From positions 1 to 46,429 of the IMG/VR virus record IMGVR_UViG_3300030332_001059: DNA of 46,429 bases; one strand, 5' to 3'. The position numbers were made by a program, and so were the translations under genes. Position 1 is the stretch's first letter; each line of letters opens with the position of its first letter. This DNA comes from a virus. Lineage: Duplodnaviria > Caudoviricetes. The notes beneath the pieces are model-generated. The model did no database searches, was not told the DNA's origin, and was given only the letters and a program-made list of their open reading frames with translations. This document shows positions 16,808-25,869 of the stretch, piece after piece.

Positions 16808-17286
16808 ATGTCCCTGATTCGACGCCCGTACGTCTCCATCATGGCGCGGTCATACGTCGTCATGGCGTAGTGGCGGACGGCTTCGCGGAGCGTGCCCAGC
16901 GCTCGGTCGTGGAGGATGCTCACCAAGTCTCGGTCGGCCCGCGCCTTGTCGGCGATCTCCTGCAACGACATCATGCGGATGAAGCGCGCACGGATGATGT
17001 CGCGGGCCTGTTGATGCAACTCCATCACGCGGGCATCGATGGTGCGATAGAGCCCCTGCCCGTCCTCATCGGCCTTGATCAGCTCGGCGAGCATCGGGTC
17101 AGAGTGCGTTCCCGGTGAGCGAACATAACGCTCCTGTTGTTCGACGCTGCCACCGCTGCCGAGGCCTGGACGCTTGACCCGTGCCCAGCCGCCCCAGTCG
17201 CGCATGATCTCGGTGAACACATCGTTGCGCTTGAACCGTGCGCGCACGTTCCGCATCTCGATTGGCATCATCGTCGCAGCGTTCAA
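16804..17286 (-). CDS. Q-like late antiterminator (start TTG 17286 or ATG 17271)
   Basis: MRDWGGWAR N-terminal motif, C-terminal sigma-4-like HTH (SLQEIADK); followed by the promoter and terminator. Confidence 0.75.
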   Translation of the reverse strand: MNAATMMPIEMRNVRARFKRNDVFTEIMRDWGGWARVKRPGLGSGGSVEQQERYVRSPGTHSDPMLAELIKADEDGQGLYRTIDARVMELHQQARDIIRARFIRMMSLQEIADKARADRDLVSILHDRALGTLREAVRHYAMTTYDRAMMETYGRRIRDI

Positions 17287-17311
17287 ATTTTCTCTCCCGG
17301 TCGTGCCGCCA

Positions 17312-17461
17312 TCACTGTCGCAACCCTCGCCTCTCCATCTCCGCGACGATCTCGGCTCTGATTCGATTGGCCGCATCGGCTTGCGGGCTGCCCGGCCTGG
17401 GTGGGCGCTGGTTGAACAGGCGCGCTTTCAGCTTCCGGTCTGATTCGACTTTGAGGTTCAT
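17312..17461 (-). CDS. Small hypothetical protein (49 aa)
   Basis: MNLKVESDRKLKARLF...; ATGA overlap with the VRR-NUC gene; below the ORF track cutoff. Confidence 0.55.
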   Translation of the reverse strand: MNLKVESDRKLKARLFNQRPPRPGSPQADAANRIRAEIVAEMERRGLRQ

Positions 17462-17829
17462 GCAGCCTCCATGCTCAGATACCGCGTGATCGATTCCGCC
17501 GCCTCATCCCAGCCTTTGGCCACGACCGTGGCGTAACCCTGCCCAGCGAGCCGTGAGAGCCATTCGCGCTGCTCGGGTGACGTAGTGCTGCCCTTGCGCC
17601 GCTTAAGCTCCACAAAGAGCCCGTGGGAGCCGCCACGGGGCACGGGGAGGCAAAGATCAGGAACGCCGGGTTTCACACCTTCGGCTTTGAGCCGCCCGGC
17701 AGTGGCTTTGCTCCGATGGCCACCGTTTGGCACCGCGAACAACAGCGCCAGTTCGGGATACGCGGCCTTTGACGCAGCGGCCCAACGCATCAGGGCCACT
17801 TGCTCGACGTGTTCGGTTGGGCAGGTCAT
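17458..17829 (-). CDS. VRR-NUC domain nuclease (putative Holliday junction resolvase)
   Basis: FAVPNGG, GVKPGVPDL, LFVELK and SPEQREWL. Confidence 0.9.
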   Translation of the reverse strand: MTCPTEHVEQVALMRWAAASKAAYPELALLFAVPNGGHRSKATAGRLKAEGVKPGVPDLCLPVPRGGSHGLFVELKRRKGSTTSPEQREWLSRLAGQGYATVVAKGWDEAAESITRYLSMEAA

Positions 17830-18053
17830 GCGTAGATGCTCCCGGCCTGCCCACGCTCATTGCTGTCTGTGCAATCAAGCCGGTGGTCGCTAGCCTTCGG
17901 GCAGCGCTTGCAACCGCAAGTGCCGCACAAGATCATCTTCGTCGCGGATAGCGGCGCAAAGAAGCCACCAAATGAGGCGCCCTTGCGTTGCTCATCAATG
18001 CACCGATGGCACTCGCATTGATCGCTTCCGTCTGTGATTCCTCGAAGGCTCAT
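17826..18053 (-). CDS. Cys-rich hypothetical protein
   Basis: CECHRC and MILCGTCGCKRCPKASDHRLDC; ATGA-coupled on both sides. Confidence 0.72.
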   Translation of the reverse strand: MSLRGITDGSDQCECHRCIDEQRKGASFGGFFAPLSATKMILCGTCGCKRCPKASDHRLDCTDSNERGQAGSIYA

Positions 18054-18256
18054 CCCACCACCTCAATCTTGCCCCGGCACACACCATCGTCATCGCGCAT
18101 GTGCGTCGCAAACGACACGACCCGGTAGTCCGGCACCTGATCGATTTCAATCGTCCGATACCGGGCGCAGCTTTCGCGCTCATCACAGATCGGGTCGGAC
18201 GGCCCCAGTCCGATGCGACCGGCGCAGCGGCTCACGTCTAGGGATAGGGGGGTCAT
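18050..18256 (-). CDS. Cys-containing hypothetical protein
   Basis: DVSRCAG and CDERESCARY; ATGA-coupled. Confidence 0.7.
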   Translation of the reverse strand: MTPLSLDVSRCAGRIGLGPSDPICDERESCARYRTIEIDQVPDYRVVSFATHMRDDDGVCRGKIEVVG

Positions 18257-18591
18257 GCCGCCACCCCGATCAACCGATTCTGTTCGGCCAGCAGCTCGTC
18301 ATCGGTGCCCCAATGCGCCCGGAATGGCTTCGCGCCACGCGCGAGGCTCGGCCCCATTGCAAGCTCTGCCATCTGCACCGGCAGAATCGAAACGCCGCGG
18401 TGATGCCATGGGCAAAGGCCGATGGTGTAGTCATGCCCACGGCGGCGGCCACAGTCGGTGATGTGATGGATCTCTGGCGGCTCATATACGTACAGCGTTT
18501 TGAGGCAGCAGATGCAACCGATTTCCTTGATCCGCTCGAAGCGGGCCTGTTGGGCCTTCGTGGCCTTGCCGGTGCTGTTGTGTAGGGTCAT
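18253..18591 (-). CDS. ref: Ref-family RecA-dependent HNH nuclease
   Basis: IGCICC, PEIHH, TIGLCPWHHRG and FRAHWGTDDELL. Confidence 0.8.
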   Translation of the reverse strand: MTLHNSTGKATKAQQARFERIKEIGCICCLKTLYVYEPPEIHHITDCGRRRGHDYTIGLCPWHHRGVSILPVQMAELAMGPSLARGAKPFRAHWGTDDELLAEQNRLIGVAA

Positions 18592-19028
18592 GCCGCCCGC
18601 TCCTGTTCAGCCTGCATCAGCGACTGAAACTCAGGGTCGGACCACACAACGCCACGGTCATTGCCGAACGCATACATGAGGTCGATCAAGTCGCCCATCT
18701 CCGCAATCGTCATCTTGCTGGTGCGCTGCCCGAGAATGACGAAGCCGCCATCGATTCCCATGGCGACGCGCTGGTGACGTTTCAGGCCAGCCGACAGCAC
18801 ATGCTTCCAGTCATCCGGCGTGAGGCGCTGCATGCGGCCGTCAACCGGCCATTCCACCTGCCGGGCGATGTCGCCCAACATGGCCCACATTCGTCGGTTT
18901 TGGACCGCGCTCCGCGTGTCCCGGTGCGCCTTGAGCGTGATGTCCTGCGGCCCCTGCGTCTCGACGGCCTCCATGATCTGGCGCCAGACGCGGGCGAGGC
19001 TTTCGCGGGTTGCTGTGAGGGTGGTCAT
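18588..19028 (-). CDS. ninB: NinB recombination protein
   Basis: TRSAVQNRRMWAMLGDIARQVEW, DDWKHVL and GQRTSKMT. Confidence 0.9.
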   Translation of the reverse strand: MTTLTATRESLARVWRQIMEAVETQGPQDITLKAHRDTRSAVQNRRMWAMLGDIARQVEWPVDGRMQRLTPDDWKHVLSAGLKRHQRVAMGIDGGFVILGQRTSKMTIAEMGDLIDLMYAFGNDRGVVWSDPEFQSLMQAEQERAA

Positions 19029-20170
19029 GCGGCCACCTCGGCGAATAGGGGCATCGTCGCGGCCGCGATACGTGCCTTGGCGATCTCCGCGTATTCAGCG
19101 TCGCGCTCGATGCCGACGAACCCAAAGCCTTCAATCACCGCAGCTTTCCCAGTGCTGCCGCTGCCCATAAACGGATCGAGCACCGCGCCGCCCGGTGGGG
19201 TCACCAGACGGCAGAGGTAGCGCATCAGGTCGGTAGGCTTCACGGTAGGGTGGGTGTTTCGCCGTGGACCGCTTTCTGCACTCGGCGGCCTTTCGCCACG
19301 AGCCACACGGTAATCCTGATCCGTCCACTTGTTCCCGTTTGGGCGATGCACTGCGTCAAGATGCTCCAGCCCTTCTTCCCGATCCTGCTTGCTGGCCTTG
19401 GCGCAGTAGAAGAAACGGGCGGCTGAGCCGCCGTTGTCTGCATGGCCAGCACCAACAAACGCACCACCCTTGCCGAACACGTTGGCGCCACTGGAGCCGA
19501 GCGAGGTGTTGTTATTGCGCGGCGCACCACTCGAAGCCCCCGTCACAGGAAACGCCGCCAGAACCTCGTCGCTGCCGTCATGGATCAGGTTGGCGGGCCA
19601 GCGGCCAGCGTCGATATTTTCGATAGCGTGTCCGGTTCGCGCCCACGAGCCGCTTCGATCTTCTGTCCCGTCCGGGTTCTTTGGATATTCGGCTTGCCCT
19701 GACCGCTTCGTCGCCCCTTCCGTGCCTACCCGGCACCCATCAACATTGATCGCCCCGGTGCCATACTCCAGCACGTTCGCTGCTACCGTGCCGATGAGAG
19801 GCTTGCGGGCGACGGTGATCGGTTCTAGCGCGGGCTTCAGCGCGGTCCCGCCCCACTCGCCGTTGTGCGACTTTGGGAATCCGGAGCCATAGACCCACGC
19901 GATCATGTCCCGAATCTCGAAACCGGCGTCCTCGATGCGAACTGCCATGCGGTGTTGCGTGCGCGTGCCAGCGAACGCCAGCAGGTGGCCGCCCGGTTTC
20001 AGCACGCGCAAGCACTCGGCCCATATCTCAGTGCTCGGCACGTCGTAGTCCCACTTCTTGCCCATGAACGAAAGGCCGTATGGAGGATCGGTCACCACTG
20101 CGTCGGCGCTGCAATCCGGCAGATCACGCATTGCTGTCAAGCAATCGCCAGTGATGATTCGCACGCTCAT
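19025..20170 (-). CDS. Orphan N6-A/N4-C DNA methyltransferase (beta class)
   Basis: VTDPPY near the N-terminus, HPTVKP and LDPFMGSGSTG near the C-terminus; no cognate restriction enzyme nearby. Confidence 0.92.
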   Translation of the reverse strand: MSVRIITGDCLTAMRDLPDCSADAVVTDPPYGLSFMGKKWDYDVPSTEIWAECLRVLKPGGHLLAFAGTRTQHRMAVRIEDAGFEIRDMIAWVYGSGFPKSHNGEWGGTALKPALEPITVARKPLIGTVAANVLEYGTGAINVDGCRVGTEGATKRSGQAEYPKNPDGTEDRSGSWARTGHAIENIDAGRWPANLIHDGSDEVLAAFPVTGASSGAPRNNNTSLGSSGANVFGKGGAFVGAGHADNGGSAARFFYCAKASKQDREEGLEHLDAVHRPNGNKWTDQDYRVARGERPPSAESGPRRNTHPTVKPTDLMRYLCRLVTPPGGAVLDPFMGSGSTGKAAVIEGFGFVGIERDAEYAEIAKARIAAATMPLFAEVAA

Positions 20171-20337
20171 GCCGTCACCGCCATCACTTCCACCTCGCTC
20201 ACAATCCGCTCAAGCTCTTTCACCAGCTTGGCGTGATCCATCGTTTCGTCGTGGCGCTGAATTGCCCGCATAAACAGCCGCATGCCCTGTCGGCATTGAA
20301 CGCTGGTGAGGCCGTCAACGAGGTCATCGGCGCTCAT
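20167..20337 (-). CDS. Small hypothetical protein (56 aa)
   Basis: MSADDLVDGLTSVQCRQG...; ATGA overlaps at both ends. Confidence 0.65.
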   Translation of the reverse strand: MSADDLVDGLTSVQCRQGMRLFMRAIQRHDETMDHAKLVKELERIVSEVEVMAVTA

Positions 20338-22130
20338 GTGAAAGCCTCCTGGTCATGCCATGACGGGCTTCCATCCGCGTATTCCGGCAAGGTCGGCGGC
20401 CTGTCGAAATAGCGGTACGTCTGCCACTCGAACCAAAGCGAGATGAAGGGCTCCTCGTCTCCGTTGCGCTGCTTCACACAGCCCAACATGCAGTCGGGCC
20501 TAACGATCAGGTCTTGCGTCAATCGTCCGGCCTTTCGCACGTCCGCTTCTTTTGGCTTGTTGCGCCAGACGATGACGGCGGTATCCACCATGTCCACAAT
20601 ACCGCCGGAACCTTTGATGTCGCCCTTCTCGGGCAGTTGGCTCTCGCCCTTCTCGGTCTTGCGGACGTGGTGCACCAGGGCAACGTGCGTGTTTTCGGTG
20701 CGCGAGAAGTCCGACAGACGATCCACGAACGATTGCTGTCCGGCGTAGTCGTCGTCCTTGATGCCCAGCTTGGAAAGGTTGTCGATCACGAACAATTCCA
20801 CGCCGTAGCGCTTCACGGCGTAACGCATGGTTTCGATCAGCGTGTCGGCTTTGTCCTTCGTGCCGGGGTCGAACACCCAAAGCGAATCGCGCCAACTTTG
20901 CGAGAGCATCCGGGACTGACCCTCGGTCGGCTCGCGACGGCCAATGGCCTGAATGTGCAACCGACGCAACAGCTTGGGCGGCGTGAACTCCAAGCTGGCA
21001 ATGCAAGCCCGGTGGCCCATCTTTACAGCGCTGACGGCAATCATCCCGACAACTTGCGACTTCCCGTGGCCGTTGATTCCAGCCCAAAGACTGGTTTCGC
21101 CGGGCCGCAACACAAGCGATTGAGCCTTGCCGCTCCACGGCAGCCGAATGCCCGCCTCTGGCCCCGTTTTGCTCAGTTCGGCCCACACCGCATCGGCGTA
21201 GTCCGCCGCGCTTTTCAGGTTCTCAGGGTCAAGGCTTCTCGCGCTGTCAACGGCCCGCCGCATCTCATCAGCGGGGATGCCATCGATCAGGCACTGGTTC
21301 GCGTCCTTGCGCGGCAGTACGGCCACGCGGACACGTTCGCGGCCAAGACGCTTGGCGATTTCTTCGGTGGCCTGGGCGCCCGCTGCATCGCTGTCGAGCG
21401 CCAAAACGATCTCATCGAAACAGGCCAGCCGGTCGAACTCGTTATCGATCCACTGTTGCTTGCCCTTGTCGCCGCCACCGAACGGAACCGATAGCGCGGG
21501 CATGCCGTAATCCCACATTGCCAACGCATCGAACTCGCCTTCCACCAGAATCACCCGGCGCTGTCCGGGGTCGATCACCTGCCAGCCGAACAGGCAAGGC
21601 TCGCAATCGGCATCGGTCCAGAATTTCTTTTCCGGAATGGCCCGGTACTTCGCCGCGATCAAGTCCCCGTCACGAAGATACGGGAACATCAGCGCGCCCT
21701 TTTTGAATGCCAGCTTGTACGCCGCCATGGCCGCGTCGCTGATCTTTCGCACTGAGCGAACCCACTCGGCACCCTGCGGCGGCAGCGAGCTAACGCCCTC
21801 CTTGGCGGGCTTGCTGAATCGGCGCTTTGGGGCTTCGACCTTCGGCTGTTTGATGCCAAGCCAATCCATCGCTTCGCGGCAAGCGGTCGGCAAATCGACG
21901 TTCTGCGTCTGCATCCACAAGCCGATCATGTCGCCGCTTTCGCCGGTTGCGAAGTCGGACCACACGCCGGATTTCTCGCCGGTCAGGTGAACTTTCAGGC
22001 TTTCCCCGGCGCTGCCGTCGAGGTCGCCGCAGATCCATTCGTGGCCCTTGCGCTTGCCGTCCCTCAGCAGGTGCAGGCAGGCCCGCTCCACGTCCCCGGC
22101 CAGGCGTTGTGCGATTTCAGTGGCTCGCAT
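20334..22130 (-). CDS. Primase-helicase (TOPRIM + DnaB-like SF4; T7 gp4/Twinkle-like)
   Basis: ILVEGEFDAL and LALDSDAAG (TOPRIM); WAGINGHGKS Walker A, FVIDNL, LVHHVRK and IKGSGGI. Confidence 0.92.
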   Translation of the reverse strand: MRATEIAQRLAGDVERACLHLLRDGKRKGHEWICGDLDGSAGESLKVHLTGEKSGVWSDFATGESGDMIGLWMQTQNVDLPTACREAMDWLGIKQPKVEAPKRRFSKPAKEGVSSLPPQGAEWVRSVRKISDAAMAAYKLAFKKGALMFPYLRDGDLIAAKYRAIPEKKFWTDADCEPCLFGWQVIDPGQRRVILVEGEFDALAMWDYGMPALSVPFGGGDKGKQQWIDNEFDRLACFDEIVLALDSDAAGAQATEEIAKRLGRERVRVAVLPRKDANQCLIDGIPADEMRRAVDSARSLDPENLKSAADYADAVWAELSKTGPEAGIRLPWSGKAQSLVLRPGETSLWAGINGHGKSQVVGMIAVSAVKMGHRACIASLEFTPPKLLRRLHIQAIGRREPTEGQSRMLSQSWRDSLWVFDPGTKDKADTLIETMRYAVKRYGVELFVIDNLSKLGIKDDDYAGQQSFVDRLSDFSRTENTHVALVHHVRKTEKGESQLPEKGDIKGSGGIVDMVDTAVIVWRNKPKEADVRKAGRLTQDLIVRPDCMLGCVKQRNGDEEPFISLWFEWQTYRYFDRPPTLPEYADGSPSWHDQEAFT

Positions 22131-23055
22131 TGGCGGCCCCTGGTCCGGGGAATGCCCGGTTGTTTTCGTCGATGATGCGCTGCTCCCACTCGGGGATAGC
22201 CTGCCCGGCTGCCTGCTGGTCCTTGCACCAATCGCCCTTGAACCCGCGCCAAGCATTCTCCGCAGCCATCTTCACGGCCTGAGCCGGTGAAAGCCCGGCG
22301 GAAGCCGCCTCTCGCTTCACCGCCTCCCATGCGCTCACGGTCAGCGGCGCCCGATGCTTCGCCCTCACTGCCAGCCAGTCCACGGCGTGCTGGTCGTTCA
22401 CCCCTTCCGCCGCCATCTGCTTGGCCGTCACGGTTTTGGATTTCTTGGGCGTTGGGGAATCATCGCCGCCATCAGGCGGCAAGCGCACTTCGGTGCGCGT
22501 GTCTTTTGCTTTTTCTTCTTTTGGAAACGGTAACGGAGACGGAGACGGAGACGGAGACGGTAACGGAGACGGGGCACTGCCAAAACCTGCCAATGGCATG
22601 CCACTGGCACTATCTTGGCACTGTGTTTCGGTGCTACCCGCATGCGTCGAGCTTGCTTCTAGCAACTTTTCTGCATAGTCGGGCATGAGCTTGGCAGCAG
22701 ATTTCCGTCCGTGTTGCTTGCACAGCGCAGCCCACCGAGACTTCTCTGAGCGCGCTTCGGCACCCGCAGCCCAAGGGTTATGTTCTGCCCAGTCGTGGAC
22801 GCTTCGCGTGCCCTCTGCGCCATCCAGAAATCCGACATCAGCAAGCGCGGCGACAAAAGCCCCAGGCTCGCCAGTCCAGTCAACGGCGAGCTCGATGTCC
22901 TCGTCGGTCAAGCCTTCCAGATCGCCAGATGATCGGTTGCCAGCCACCCATAGGAATAGGCAGACCAACCTGAACGCGCCACCCTCACCAATGCGGCGGA
23001 TGAGCTTTTTGGTTTTCGGATGACGCGGCAGTTCGAGCGAAATGCGGGCGTCCAT
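22117..23055 (-). CDS. Replication initiator protein (lambda O-like position)
   Basis: N-terminal HPKTKKL...LFLW...VHDWAEHNPW domain, Pro-Ser linker, C-terminal DWLAVRAKH...WRGFK domain; directly upstream of the helicase. Confidence 0.75.
   Translation of the reverse strand: MDARISLELPRHPKTKKLIRRIGEGGAFRLVCLFLWVAGNRSSGDLEGLTDEDIELAVDWTGEPGAFVAALADVGFLDGAEGTRSVHDWAEHNPWAAGAEARSEKSRWAALCKQHGRKSAAKLMPDYAEKLLEASSTHAGSTETQCQDSASGMPLAGFGSAPSPLPSPSPSPSPLPFPKEEKAKDTRTEVRLPPDGGDDSPTPKKSKTVTAKQMAAEGVNDQHAVDWLAVRAKHRAPLTVSAWEAVKREAASAGLSPAQAVKMAAENAWRGFKGDWCKDQQAAGQAIPEWEQRIIDENNRAFPGPGAANASH
22527..22572. repeat. Hexamer tandem repeat (ACGGAG/ACGGTA) encoding a Pro-Ser linker
   Basis: About 7.5 tandem hexamer units next to a T-rich tract at 22502-22522. 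Confidence 0.85.
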
Positions 23056-23252
23056 CAGATCTCTACACCCAGCTCAACCATGATCGATGCGGCGCGAAAC
23101 GCTGCTTCAAATCCGGCCTTCCTCTCTGCTGAAAACTCCATGTCCATGTCGCCCCAGCCAGTCAGATCAGACAAAAGCTGCATCACTGCCGGATGCGCCA
23201 TCGCTGCTTTGGCAAGCTGCGCCGCCTCACTTAATTCATCTGCCATGCTCAT
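23055..23252 (-). CDS. Hypothetical protein (65 aa)
   Basis: GAGG RBS; stop overlaps the initiator start codon. Confidence 0.7.
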   Translation of the reverse strand: MSMADELSEAAQLAKAAMAHPAVMQLLSDLTGWGDMDMEFSAERKAGFEAAFRAASIMVELGVEI

Positions 23253-23351
23253 TTCCTCGCCATCCAGAGAAAAGGCCCCGGCGTGAGGGCGCGGGATGGC
23301 AGCGCGCCCTCCGGTGTTGCAACACCGTGCCGAGATAGTCGTTGCGGGCGC

Positions 23352-23657
23352 TCACACGCCCTCCCTGTCCGCAATGCTGCGGATGGCCCGCTCGTAATCG
23401 GCAGGGCTTGCCTATGGGTTCGCGTGGACCCAATCGGCCTTGCTCATTTCGTACCGCTGATGCGCCGTGTGCTCGCGGCAGAATCGCTCCGCATGCGGCC
23501 AACAGACGTCGGCATACCAAGATTGATCGGCGCGCTTGCGCGATGCGATGCTCTTGCCGCTGACGCCGATTGAGCAGGTGCCAGCGCCCGCTTCGGGATT
23601 GATCGCGTCGGGCACGAAGTGCGAGCAATCGACGCACCTTGTCCAAGCGCTATCCAC
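23352..23657 (-). pseudogene. Cys-rich small gene with an apparent in-frame TAG at 23414-23412
   Basis: ...YEMSKADWVHANP-TAG-ASPADYERAIRSIADREGV-TGA; the frame continues for 19 protein-like codons after the TAG. Confidence 0.45.
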
Positions 23658-23868
23658 GTTCGCGCGCCTCAAGTGCATCAAGCTCCATTTGCAACCGATT
23701 CCGCTCACGCGCCGTCAGCCGCGCGCCACGAAGCTGCAGTTCCAGCTCCCGGCGCTCCTGTGATCTGGGCACCGAACGCAGCGCCACGGGCTTCGAAGGA
23801 TGGCCCTGGCGCGGCTTGCGCGGGCGAGCGCTGAACTCCAAGCGCGGAAAGCGGGCGGGCGTGGTCAT
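23650..23868 (-). CDS. Arg-rich hypothetical protein
   Basis: ATGA-coupled to the cII-like gene; C-terminal helical region. Confidence 0.6.
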   Translation of the reverse strand: MTTPARFPRLEFSARPRKPRQGHPSKPVALRSVPRSQERRELELQLRGARLTARERNRLQMELDALEARERG

Positions 23869-24275
23869 GCGGCGCGGGTGTCGCGCAGAAAGCTTTTGAT
23901 CGTCGCCAACTCGGCTTCGGCGGCTTCGCGCTTCTCGCGCTCCTGCCGCAAACGGCCCTCTAATTCGCTCTCACGCTTGCGCAGCGATGTCGGGTCATAG
24001 CCCCGGCTGTAGGCCAGCCAGAGAAGCGGCAGGTCGGTCCCTGTGGCATCCATCAGGCGATCCAGAAAATCGCCCTTTATCCCGGCGTCGCCCTGCTTGA
24101 TGCGTGCCCATGTCGGAGCATCAACGCCGGTATCGATTGCAACCACCTTGTCATAGCTGCCGGACATCTCAGCGGCCCGCGCACAAGCGTGATGCAGGCT
24201 GCGGATATTCGGCAAAATCGACAGGTCGATTTGCAGTGCCGGGCGCTTAACGCGCAGGTCCAATTGCATGTCCAT
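23865..24275 (-). CDS. CII-like transcriptional regulator
   Basis: HTH-like DKVVAIDTGVDAPTWARIKQG plus a C-terminal coiled coil; position after cro. Confidence 0.6.
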   Translation of the reverse strand: MDMQLDLRVKRPALQIDLSILPNIRSLHHACARAAEMSGSYDKVVAIDTGVDAPTWARIKQGDAGIKGDFLDRLMDATGTDLPLLWLAYSRGYDPTSLRKRESELEGRLRQEREKREAAEAELATIKSFLRDTRAA

Positions 24276-24452
24276 GGGCGACCTACAAGGAAATTGCGTT
24301 GCGTTGTAAGTCGGAATCAGGGCAAAAAAAGGCCCATGAATACGAGCGAACACGACGCGAGGAATAAAAGGCCCGACGCGCGATCTGGAGAACACGCGCC
24401 GGGGAATCGCCCTGCCCCGCGAGGGGTGACGGGACAGGGAGAGGAGAAAGGT

Positions 24453-24659
24453 TCACGCCGCCTCGCTGGTGGAGGGGGTGCTACGGATGAGGGATTGATG
24501 CAGCGCCAACAAACTGATGGCGGCATCTGCGCGCGGGGCGGCGGTTCGCCCTTTGATAATTTCACGCACTGCATTGGCAGTTACGCCCATGTGCCGAGCG
24601 ATGGAATCGACCGATTCGCCGCTCAACATCAGTTCATCAATTCGCTGTTTCCATGTCAT
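24453..24659 (-). CDS. cro: Cro-like repressor
   Basis: 68 aa HTH (SVDSIARHMGVTANAVREIIKG), divergent from cI. Confidence 0.85.
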   Translation of the reverse strand: MTWKQRIDELMLSGESVDSIARHMGVTANAVREIIKGRTAAPRADAAISLLALHQSLIRSTPSTSEAA

Positions 24660-24666
24660 GCAACCT

Positions 24667-24722
24667 AATTTACAGGATACTGTAAGCGCACGTCAACAGC
24701 ATTCTGTTACAGCGTTCTGTGA
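24667..24722. promoter_or_regulatory. OR operator region: three ACAG-N4-CTGT sites and a PR-like promoter
   Basis: TTACAGGATACTGTAA (24670-24685), AACAGCATTCTGTT (24695-24708) and TTACAGCGTTCTGTGA (24707-24722); minus-strand TTGACG...TAAATT ends 7 nt before the cro ATG. Confidence 0.82.
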
Positions 24723-24732
24723 CTATCGGCGC

Positions 24733-25179
24733 ATGGAATCGGTAGGTGACAGAATCAAGAAAGCACGCGCGCGCGCAGGCATGTCGCGCACCGAGCTTTC
24801 TAAGCGCTCGAAGGTCGGCTATAGCACCATCGCTGAAATCGAGAACGGCGGCATGCGCTCATCGACAAAGTTGCACCAGTTGGCGGCCCCGCTAGGAGTC
24901 TCGGTTGAATACCTAGCAACAGGAAAGGAGGCGCCGACATTGGCGCTCCCCGCTCCACCCCTTGCCATTGCGGGGCCAGCTTCTACAAGCGAAACCCGTC
25001 GCATTCAGCAGCGTGAAGGCGGATGGATCGGGGCCAAGATGACGCCCGCCCAGCAATCCCTATTGCGCGCCGTCGAACTGATGGGGCGAACAATCCCCGA
25101 CGAACGTGCCAAGGCGCTCGCCGAGCTGGTGCTGTTGTCTGGAGGGCCTGTCGACGCGCCGCCAAAAATCACGGCATGA
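24733..25179 (+). CDS. cI: CI-like repressor (XRE HTH, no S24 peptidase domain visible)
   Basis: VGDRIKKARARAGMSRTELSKRSKVGYSTIAEIENG...LGVSVEYLATG; 148 aa. Confidence 0.85.
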   Translation: MESVGDRIKKARARAGMSRTELSKRSKVGYSTIAEIENGGMRSSTKLHQLAAPLGVSVEYLATGKEAPTLALPAPPLAIAGPASTSETRRIQQREGGWIGAKMTPAQQSLLRAVELMGRTIPDERAKALAELVLLSGGPVDAPPKITA

Positions 25180-25850
25180 CCTATCCCGCCGCCCTCGCCC
25201 TCGCCGCCCGCTACGGCCTGCAACGCGAGTTTGCGATGTCGTACCGGCAGGTCCGCCCCTGGTGGGCGTTTTGGATCAGCGAGGAGCGTGCGGTATGGTC
25301 TGCGCTGGTGGATTGTGATTTGCAGGGGCATCGAGTGACAAGCAAAAATGATGATTCGCTGACCGAGCAGATCAGGGCAAAAGTGCGCCAACGCAAAACC
25401 GACGATTTTCTTCGGGAGAACGCTGCCGCCGTAGCCGAAGCGGAGCGCATAGCCAAGATTCAGCGCTCTCGCGACAGAGAAGACCTATCGATCAAAGTAG
25501 GTGTATCGCTTGCCACCGTGGTCATTGCGCTATCTGCTGTCTGGCTTTTCTTTGGGCCGGACGCCCCAGCGCCTCCGAAAACCGATGCCGAGATTCGGCA
25601 CGACGAACTGTCGATTGGGTTCAGCGTCTGGAATGGCTCACACATCGAGCTGACGCAACGAATCAAGGCGGCCATGAACGACCCTGATTCGTACGAGCAT
25701 GTGGACACGCGATACCGTGACAACGGCGATCATCTAATCGTCACCACGTCCTTTCGCGGCGCCAACGCTTTCGGCGGCAAGGTGGTCAACACCTGGACGG
25801 CCAGAACAGCGATTGACGGGCGAGTGTTGCAGATCATCTCCACGCAGTAG
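25176..25850 (+). CDS. Inner-membrane protein with periplasmic domain (immunity-region moron)
   Basis: TM segment VGVSLATVVIALSAVWLFF; C-terminal IKAAMNDPDSYEH...FRGANAFGG; ATGA-coupled to cI. Confidence 0.75.
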   Translation: MTYPAALALAARYGLQREFAMSYRQVRPWWAFWISEERAVWSALVDCDLQGHRVTSKNDDSLTEQIRAKVRQRKTDDFLRENAAAVAEAERIAKIQRSRDREDLSIKVGVSLATVVIALSAVWLFFGPDAPAPPKTDAEIRHDELSIGFSVWNGSHIELTQRIKAAMNDPDSYEHVDTRYRDNGDHLIVTTSFRGANAFGGKVVNTWTARTAIDGRVLQIISTQ

Positions 25851-25869
25851 CGCGACCACGGAGCGACAA

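Noticed and set aside
19025-20170. Restriction-modification system
   Set aside because: Neighbours are primase-helicase and NinB; this is an ordinary orphan phage methyltransferase.
22527-22572. CRISPR array or mini-array
   Set aside because: Simple hexamer tandem repeat with no spacers; no repeat-spacer array was seen anywhere in the window.
23352-23414. Genome-wide stop-codon reassignment
   Set aside because: Core genes are intact in code 11 and TAG terminates other genes (for example at 25850 and 42045).
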